This document shows, in pieces, positions 57,607 through 64,000 of a DNA stretch of 64,000 nt; within the stretch, counting starts at the first letter, position 1; every line of letters begins with the position of its first letter. Position numbers and translations under genes: made by a program. The stretch is from Gemmatimonadaceae bacterium (GTDB lineage Bacteria > Gemmatimonadota > Gemmatimonadetes > Gemmatimonadales > Gemmatimonadaceae), in contig JBJMOW010000004.1 in assembly GCA_045803545.1 (NCBI GenBank), positions 192,001 to 256,000 on the forward strand, given 5' to 3'. A model generated the notes under the pieces. The model was not told where the DNA came from. It made no database searches and saw nothing but the letters and a program-made list of their open reading frames with translations.

Positions 57607-58518
57607 ATGAGGGCTGACGACATCACACACCCGAAGCCAACGATCGTGTTGATTCACGGTCTTTGGCTGACCCCAAAAAGCTGGAAGGGTTGGATCGACC
57701 GCTACCAACGAGCAGGCTACAACGTCATCGCACCGCCGTGGCCAGGTCTATCCAGTGATGTCGAAGCAGTGCGCCACCATCCCGAAGTACTCAAAGGTCT
57801 GACGATAAAGAAGATCGTCGACCACTACGAGCGAATCATTCGCGTGATGGAAAGAGCGCCAATCCTGATGGGCCATTCCTTCGGGGGTCTGATCGTACAA
57901 CTCCTGCTCGATCGCGGGCTCGGCGCAGCTGGAATTGCGATCGATTCTGCGCAAAGCGCCGGGGTCCCCGTCCTCCCGCTCTCGACAATTCGCTCGACGA
58001 TCCAGATACTCGGCAACCCGTTCACCTTCAACTCAGTCGTCGAGCTGAGCCCGGAAAAATTCCACTACGCTTTCACGAACTCTCTCAGCGACGAAGAAGC
58101 GAAACGGGTCTATGAGAATCTTGCGGTGCCCGGGCCGGCTCACGTGCTATGGGAAGGAGCGTTGTCATTGCTCAATCCGAACGCATCGTCGAAGGTCAAT
58201 TACCGCAACGACAAGCGCGCGCCTTTGCTCTTCATCGCCGGCGGCGCCGACCATCTCGTTCCGCCGTCGATCAACAGAGCCAACGTCAAGAAATACCAGG
58301 CGTCTGCGGCAGTCACCGACTACAGAGAGTTCCCGAACCGCACGCATTTCATCGTCGGTGAGCCAGGTTGGGAGGAGGTAGCCGACTTCGCGTTACAGTG
58401 GTCGGAAAAGAACGCGCAAGCGCAGGTTCCATTCACCGACGTCGAGGCTGCGTTCGATCCGGACATGACATTCACGGGCACCGCCAGACAAATTCCTCCC
58501 CCTGACCTCACAGCCTGA
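57607..58518 (+). CDS. Alpha/beta hydrolase
   Basis: LIHGLW, GHSFGG nucleophile elbow, D and H triad candidates; AGGAG SD. Confidence 0.9.
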   Translation: MRADDITHPKPTIVLIHGLWLTPKSWKGWIDRYQRAGYNVIAPPWPGLSSDVEAVRHHPEVLKGLTIKKIVDHYERIIRVMERAPILMGHSFGGLIVQLLLDRGLGAAGIAIDSAQSAGVPVLPLSTIRSTIQILGNPFTFNSVVELSPEKFHYAFTNSLSDEEAKRVYENLAVPGPAHVLWEGALSLLNPNASSKVNYRNDKRAPLLFIAGGADHLVPPSINRANVKKYQASAAVTDYREFPNRTHFIVGEPGWEEVADFALQWSEKNAQAQVPFTDVEAAFDPDMTFTGTARQIPPPDLTA

Positions 58519-58539
58519 TCACGGGCACCGGGAAACCTC

Positions 58540-58812
58540 ATGTCGCCAACTGGCGCGTGCGAGCACATCGAGAGCATCGACGGTGTCAAGCATCCGAAGC
58601 GGAAGGAGTGCGAAGACTGCGTCAAAATTGGAGCGCGGTGGGTTCATCTGCGTACCTGCCAGCAATGCGGTGGCACGCGTTGCTGTGATAGCTCTCCTAA
58701 CAAGCACGCCAGCAAGCACGCGCGTGCGAGTGGGCATCCAGTGATCGCGTCCGGCGAAGACGGTGAGCGATGGATGTACTGCTATCCCGACGACGCTTTT
58801 GCCGAGTACTGA
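58540..58812 (+). CDS. UBP-type zinc-finger protein
   Basis: CEH, CEDC, HLRTCQQCG..RCCDSSPNKHASKH, WMYCY.D. Confidence 0.9.
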   Translation: MSPTGACEHIESIDGVKHPKRKECEDCVKIGARWVHLRTCQQCGGTRCCDSSPNKHASKHARASGHPVIASGEDGERWMYCYPDDAFAEY

Positions 58813-58826
58813 TTGAGCCTGGATGC

Positions 58827-58863
58827 AAAAAACCTCCGCGATGCACTCGCGGAGGTTTTTTTT
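58827..58863. terminator. Bidirectional intrinsic terminator
   Basis: A6-CCTCCGCGA-TGCAC-TCGCGGAGG-T8 between convergent genes. Confidence 0.88.
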
Positions 58864-58865
58864 CG

Positions 58866-61800
58866 TTACGCCAGCTTCTCGATTCTCTCGCCTGCCGGCG
58901 CCGGATGCACACCGCGGGGAATCGGGTGCTCGGCCGTCCGCGGTTTGTAAACGCCGAACCGCCGGAATACCCACTCTCTCCACTCATCGAGAATCTCGTA
59001 GAACGTCGGGATCACGACGAGTGTCAGCAACGTCGATGTAATGACACCACCGATAACCGCTCGTCCGAGCGGCGCACGGAACTCGGCGCCTTCGCCGACA
59101 CCGAGAGCAACCGGGATCATACCCGCGATCAGCGCCAGCGTCGTCATCAGAATCGGACGCAAGCGAATCGCACCCGCCTGAATAAGCGCTTCGCGTCTAG
59201 GCACGCCTTCCTTCTCGCGCGCCCACTTGGCGAAGTCGATGAGCAGAATGGCGTTCTTCGCCACGATTCCCATCAACAGAATCACTCCGATCAAGCTCAT
59301 GATGTTGATCGTGGTGTTGGTGAACATCAGTGCCAGCATCACGCCGATCAGCGACAACGGGAGTGACGCCATGATCGCCAGCGGCTCGAGGAACGAGCCG
59401 AACTGCATCACCAGGATCAGATACATCAGCATCACCGCGATGCCGAGCGCCGAGAAAATGCGTCCGAACACTTCTGCCTGATCCTTCGCCTCACCGCCCT
59501 GGGTGATACGCACGCCTGGCGGCAACGTGATCTTCGCAATCTTCGCGTTGATGTCACGCATGACTTCGGTCAGCGGACGACCGGAAGTATTCGCCTGCAC
59601 CGTTACGACGGGGTCCGAGTCGAGATGGCTGACCTGCGCCGGACCAAGCGACTGCGAAATCGTCGCGATCTGGCCGAGTGGCAACGTTTCAGGTCTGCCG
59701 TTGGGTCCCATTACGATGATCGGCAGTTGTTCGAGATCCGACGCGCGCTGTCTCGCTTCGGGCGCGAGTCTCACGTTCACTTCACGGGTCTCGTCGCTCG
59801 GATCGACCCAGTCGCCCGCCTTGATACCTGCGAACGCGGGGCGCAGCGACTGAGCCACTTGCGCGACTGTCACTCCGAGTGAGCCGGCAAGACCGCGATT
59901 GATGTCGACGCTCAGCTCCGGCTTCTGTCCCTTGGTCGAGAGACCGACATCGACCGCGCCTTTCACGTTTCGCAGTTGGTCGGCGATCAGCTCCGCCGCC
60001 GGAGTCATCGACTTGATCGTTCCGCCGCGCAGCTGGATCTGGATCTGCTTCTGGTCGCCGCCGAAAGAGTTGGTGAACACTGACATTTGAGCACCACCAA
60101 TCTGGCCGACTTCCTTACGAAGCTGACGGCCAAAATCTTCCGCGCCAATCTTGCGATCGGCTTTGGGGACAAGCCGAACGTAGACCTGGCCGACGTTCAC
60201 ATCGCCCGTCTGACCGCCAGTCGTCGTATAAGTGAATCTCACGATGTCCTTGTGCGAGCGGGCGATACGCGCCGCCTCTTCAGCCTTGATCTGTGTGTAG
60301 TTGAGATTCGACCCGGGCGGAGTCTCGAGGGCGATTATGACTTCGGATTGATCCTCGGTGCCGAAGAAGCTCGCGCCGACGAGTCCCAGGGCCGGGAGCG
60401 CAAGGGCGCCGACAAAAGAGCCGATCGCGATAAGCACCATCGCGACTCGGTGATCGAGGGCCCACGCAACTAACCCCTTGTACTTTTCCGCCATCCGGTT
60501 GAACCATGAGTTGAACCGGTCCAACGTGCGGGCAATCGGGTTTCGACGCTCGTGTGCTTCGACCTGCGGATCCGGCCAGTAGGCGGATAACATCGGGTCG
60601 AGTGAGAATGACACGAATAGGGAGACGAGCACCGACGACGCGATCGTAAGCGCAAACGGCTTGAACCACTGGCCCGCGACACCGTACATGAACGCGATCG
60701 GTACGAACACCGCGACGATCGAGAATGTCGTCGCCGCAACGGCAAGACCGATCTCGTCCGTACCCTCATGTGACGCTGTCACATGGTCCTTACCCATCTC
60801 GATGTGTCGTACGATGTTCTCGCGCACAACAATGGCATCGTCGATCAGAATTCCAATCGCCAGCGACAGGCCGAGCAGCGACATCGTGTTGAGCGTGAAT
60901 CCGAACGCCCACACTGCGATGAACGACGCCATCACCGAGACTGGTAGTGCCAGACCGGTGATAACCGTCGATCTCCACGAGTTGAGGAAGACGAACACTA
61001 CCAGCACCGTAAGGAACGCGCCTTCGAGCAGCGCTTCCTCGACGTTGCGTACCGAATCAGCAACACGCTTTCCCGCATCGCGGACGATGTCCATCTTCAC
61101 GCCCGTCGGCAGCGTCTTCTGAAGCTCCTCGACCTGCTTGCGAATCTTGTTGCTGACGTCGGTCGTGCTGTAACCCTTCGATTTGACGATGTCGATGCCG
61201 ATGCCTTCGACGCCGTTGAATAACGCGATCGATCGCTGCTCCTGGGTACCGTCGATTGCGTTCGCCACCTGTCCGAGCCGAATGATCTGACCATTCCGCT
61301 GGGTGATGACGAGGTTCTCGAAGTCTTGTGGACCTTCCAACCGGCCTTGCAGTCGAATCGTGCGTTCCTGCAGATCACCATTCACCCGTCCGACCGGCGC
61401 TGCCAGATTTTGCGCCTGCAACGCTCCAACGACCTCACCGACACTGAGCCCTGCAGCCTGCAACGCTTCGGGCTTCAGCTGAATCGTCATCTCCCGCTTC
61501 ACGCCGCCCACCACCTGCACCTGCGCCACACCGGGAATGCCTTTGAGCTTGGCGGTGATACCCGGATCAGCCAGTCGAGTCAACTGCGCCGGCGTCATCG
61601 TCTGCGAGTTCATCGTGATCGACACGATCGGGATGTCCGCCGGATCGAAGCGCTGGAGTACCGGCTCTTTCATCTCGACCGGCAGATCCTGTCTGATGCC
61701 GGAGATCGCATCGCGAATGTCCTGCGTTCCGATCTGCGGATCCTTCTCAAACAGGAACAGCGTGATGATCTGCGCGTAGCCGTCGCCCGCCGTGCCGAAG

Positions 61801-62039
61801 ATCTGATCGACACCGGAGATGCCCTTGATTGCATCCTCGACCGGCTTGAGCACCTCTCGCTCGACACCCTCAGGTGACGCGCCGGGGTACGGAATGAAAG
61901 TGAGAACGACCGGCTGTTGAATGTCGGGGAACTCGTCCGTCTGCAATCGATAACACGAGAACAAGCCAAAAACCACCAGCGCCACCATGGTGACGACGGT
62001 GATCATCGGCCGCTTGATTGCAAAATCAGATATGACCAT
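58866..62039 (-). CDS. RND efflux permease (AcrB/HAE1 family)
   Basis: YPGASP, GILIDDAIVVREN, GIVAKNAILL, RLRPILMT. Confidence 0.96.
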   Translation of the reverse strand: MVISDFAIKRPMITVVTMVALVVFGLFSCYRLQTDEFPDIQQPVVLTFIPYPGASPEGVEREVLKPVEDAIKGISGVDQIFGTAGDGYAQIITLFLFEKDPQIGTQDIRDAISGIRQDLPVEMKEPVLQRFDPADIPIVSITMNSQTMTPAQLTRLADPGITAKLKGIPGVAQVQVVGGVKREMTIQLKPEALQAAGLSVGEVVGALQAQNLAAPVGRVNGDLQERTIRLQGRLEGPQDFENLVITQRNGQIIRLGQVANAIDGTQEQRSIALFNGVEGIGIDIVKSKGYSTTDVSNKIRKQVEELQKTLPTGVKMDIVRDAGKRVADSVRNVEEALLEGAFLTVLVVFVFLNSWRSTVITGLALPVSVMASFIAVWAFGFTLNTMSLLGLSLAIGILIDDAIVVRENIVRHIEMGKDHVTASHEGTDEIGLAVAATTFSIVAVFVPIAFMYGVAGQWFKPFALTIASSVLVSLFVSFSLDPMLSAYWPDPQVEAHERRNPIARTLDRFNSWFNRMAEKYKGLVAWALDHRVAMVLIAIGSFVGALALPALGLVGASFFGTEDQSEVIIALETPPGSNLNYTQIKAEEAARIARSHKDIVRFTYTTTGGQTGDVNVGQVYVRLVPKADRKIGAEDFGRQLRKEVGQIGGAQMSVFTNSFGGDQKQIQIQLRGGTIKSMTPAAELIADQLRNVKGAVDVGLSTKGQKPELSVDINRGLAGSLGVTVAQVAQSLRPAFAGIKAGDWVDPSDETREVNVRLAPEARQRASDLEQLPIIVMGPNGRPETLPLGQIATISQSLGPAQVSHLDSDPVVTVQANTSGRPLTEVMRDINAKIAKITLPPGVRITQGGEAKDQAEVFGRIFSALGIAVMLMYLILVMQFGSFLEPLAIMASLPLSLIGVMLALMFTNTTINIMSLIGVILLMGIVAKNAILLIDFAKWAREKEGVPRREALIQAGAIRLRPILMTTLALIAGMIPVALGVGEGAEFRAPLGRAVIGGVITSTLLTLVVIPTFYEILDEWREWVFRRFGVYKPRTAEHPIPRGVHPAPAGERIEKLA

Positions 62040-62042
62040 GGG

Positions 62043-63209
62043 TTACTGTCCTCCTGCTGCCGTAGTGCTCGCCGCTGCCGGCGTGTTTGCGGGCGCCGTC
62101 ACCTTTACCGGCGTGCCTGGCGTGATACCCTGCGCCGCACCAAGCAGCAGCGTGTCGCCGGCCATGAGTCCGGCGAGGATCTCCGTCGTCTCCGTGCTCC
62201 TGTCGGTGAGGCCGATCGACACGTTGACGTGCTCGGCCTTGCCACCCTTCACTCGCGTAACCACCGGCTGAGTGCCGCGAACATCGACCGCTGCCGCCGG
62301 GACGACGAGACCGTTCTTAGTCGCTGTCGACACCCGACCCGACGCGAACAGTCCACCGACGAGTGTGCGACCAGCGTTGGGGATCGAGACGTAGATGCGA
62401 ACCTGCCGTGTCGTCGGATCAGCGGTTGGATTCACACGCGTGATATGTCCGACGAACTGACGCCCCGGATAACCGCTGACTGTAAATACCACCGGCACCC
62501 CTACCCGGATCAGCGACAGCTGCTCCGCCGGCACCGATGCTTCGAGTCTCATGCTCGAGGGATCTACCACCGTGTAAAGCGCGGTGCCCGGTTGCACGAC
62601 GTCGCCTGCCGAAACGGGTCGATCGCTGACGATACCGCCGAGCGGTGACGTCACCGTCGTGCTGCGATATTGTCTCTCCGCGCTCGCCAGCCGCGAGTTC
62701 GCGTCCTCGAGCGCTGCCTGTGCAGCGATCGACGAACGACGCGATTGCTCGATGTCACGCTCGGCGATTGCGCCCGCGGCCAGCAGCTTCTCGTTGCGCG
62801 CCAGATCCTTGGTTGCGATGTCGGCGGTGTTGCGCGCAGCTACTACCTGAGCACGCGCCGAGGTGTACGCGTCCTGAATGCCGGTGGCGTCGATGCGCGC
62901 CAGCACCGTACCCGCGTTCACAGCCTGTCCCTGATCCGCATAAGTCTGCAGCACACTGCCTGACACCTGAGCCCGCAGCACTGCCTCACGCTCGGGCTCG
63001 AGTGTTCCGGAAATGGACGGACCGCTCATGATGGTGGTGTTGGTGACGACAGCAATGTTCTCGGGACCGACGGTAATCGCGTCTGTCTTTGTCGTCTCCG
63101 CTGCCGACGCATTGTCGCCTTTGCTGCGCGAGAATATCGCGAACAGAATGAGAAGGACCGCCAAAATACCGCCACCGATTTTCCAGGTCCTGCCGCTGAT
63201 TGTCTTCAT
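62043..63209 (-). CDS. RND membrane-fusion (periplasmic adaptor) protein
   Basis: N-terminal TM; lipoyl halves and alpha hairpin; SPLGGIV, DPTTR. Confidence 0.94.
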   Translation of the reverse strand: MKTISGRTWKIGGGILAVLLILFAIFSRSKGDNASAAETTKTDAITVGPENIAVVTNTTIMSGPSISGTLEPEREAVLRAQVSGSVLQTYADQGQAVNAGTVLARIDATGIQDAYTSARAQVVAARNTADIATKDLARNEKLLAAGAIAERDIEQSRRSSIAAQAALEDANSRLASAERQYRSTTVTSPLGGIVSDRPVSAGDVVQPGTALYTVVDPSSMRLEASVPAEQLSLIRVGVPVVFTVSGYPGRQFVGHITRVNPTADPTTRQVRIYVSIPNAGRTLVGGLFASGRVSTATKNGLVVPAAAVDVRGTQPVVTRVKGGKAEHVNVSIGLTDRSTETTEILAGLMAGDTLLLGAAQGITPGTPVKVTAPANTPAAASTTAAGGQ

Positions 63210-63232
63210 ATAAAGTCTCGTCTTATCTGATT

Positions 63233-64000
63233 TTACTGTGGTGGTATTCCGGTGCCCTGCTGTCCCGCCGCCTGCGACTGCTGCGTTGCCGCCTGGGTCT
63301 GACTGCTCTGTTGCTGCGTCGACTGCTGCTGCGATGACTGCTGTGCCTGCGCTTGCGCAGCCGTGTTCGTCGATTGCAGCGGCAGATCGCTCAGTAACGC
63401 GAGCTTGACACGCGCTACCTGGAGATTGCGTGCGGCAAGCGCTCTGTTAGCCACCGCCTGCTCCAACAGAATTCGCGCATCGTTCAGCTCGATCTGCGTC
63501 GAAATCCCTTCCTTGTAACGGACCGTCGCGATCGAATATGCTCTCTGCGCCTGCTCGGCGGTGCCAAGACTCGCCTGCCACGCCGCTCTCGCCTGCTGGA
63601 GATTATTGATCGTTACACGCGCATCGAGCGCGGCGAACTCCCGCACCTGATCGAAGCGCGCCTGCGCCTCGCGCAGATTAGCCTGCGCAACCATCCGGTC
63701 GCCTCTCAATCGTCCACCGGTGAAAAGCGGCATTTGTGCGGCTACCCCGATCGTCCAGTTCGTACGGAACTCTCCTGATTGCGGCAATCCATTGAGCGGG
63801 AATGCAACCTTGCCGTAGCTGGAAGTCAGCGCGAGAGATGGTAGATATTCGGCCTTCGCCACGCTCAGCAGGCCGCGCTGTGCGTTTATCGCTTCGGCGG
63901 CCTGTCTTACCGTCGCCCGGTTGATAGCTGATGTATCACCCCCGACGCCCATGCGCGCGAGTGCGGCATTGGCGGCGGCCGAATCATCCACCGCTGTCGT
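63233..64000 (-). CDS. TolC-family outer-membrane factor, C-terminal part (runs off the window end)
   Basis: EYLPSL, PLFTGG, RYKEGISTQIEL; upstream of the MFP and RND genes. Confidence 0.9.
   Translation of the reverse strand, partial: TTAVDDSAAANAALARMGVGGDTSAINRATVRQAAEAINAQRGLLSVAKAEYLPSLALTSSYGKVAFPLNGLPQSGEFRTNWTIGVAAQMPLFTGGRLRGDRMVAQANLREAQARFDQVREFAALDARVTINNLQQARAAWQASLGTAEQAQRAYSIATVRYKEGISTQIELNDARILLEQAVANRALAARNLQVARVKLALLSDLPLQSTNTAAQAQAQQSSQQQSTQQQSSQTQAATQQSQAAGQQGTGIPPQ

Noticed and set aside
63233..63360. Gln/Ser-rich CAG-type repeats at the TolC C-terminus
   Set aside because: Ordinary low-complexity disordered tail, not a discrete repeat element.

Overview
A GC-rich, gene-dense bacterial chromosome segment. 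Gene content and protein style suggest Gemmatimonadota, which is an inference. I found no rRNA, tRNA, CRISPR array, transposase or integrase. Recognisable loci: partial rnd; thiC with a TPP riboswitch; a split, divergent suf cluster (sufBCD versus Rieske-sufS-sufU); an ECF42 sigma factor with DGPF partners and a matching promoter; lepB, nfo, bcp, a bacilliredoxin and arfB; two ABC exporters; an RND pump; and pruA followed by a cyanophycin operon. Four observations stand out. (1) A divergent locus at 17.4-20.9 kb encodes two ankyrin proteins and a DUF4287/SRPBCC-like protein, each with a short helical N-terminal module. The two divergent genes each have a strongly base-paired leader with pseudoknot potential, a candidate undescribed leader-RNA/protein regulatory system. 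(2) Two diverged copies of a roughly 340-380 nt structured element, with many compensatory base changes, flank the cyanophycin operon. (3) Between cphA and cphB lies a protein with an intact CphA N-domain hydrolase motif (Cx19HxxEH), no ATP-grasp domain and only a degenerate Mur-like remnant. (4) cphB appears to need a non-AUG start (ATT or CTG overlapping the upstream stop). All structures were folded by eye and family calls come from motif recognition, not database searches.
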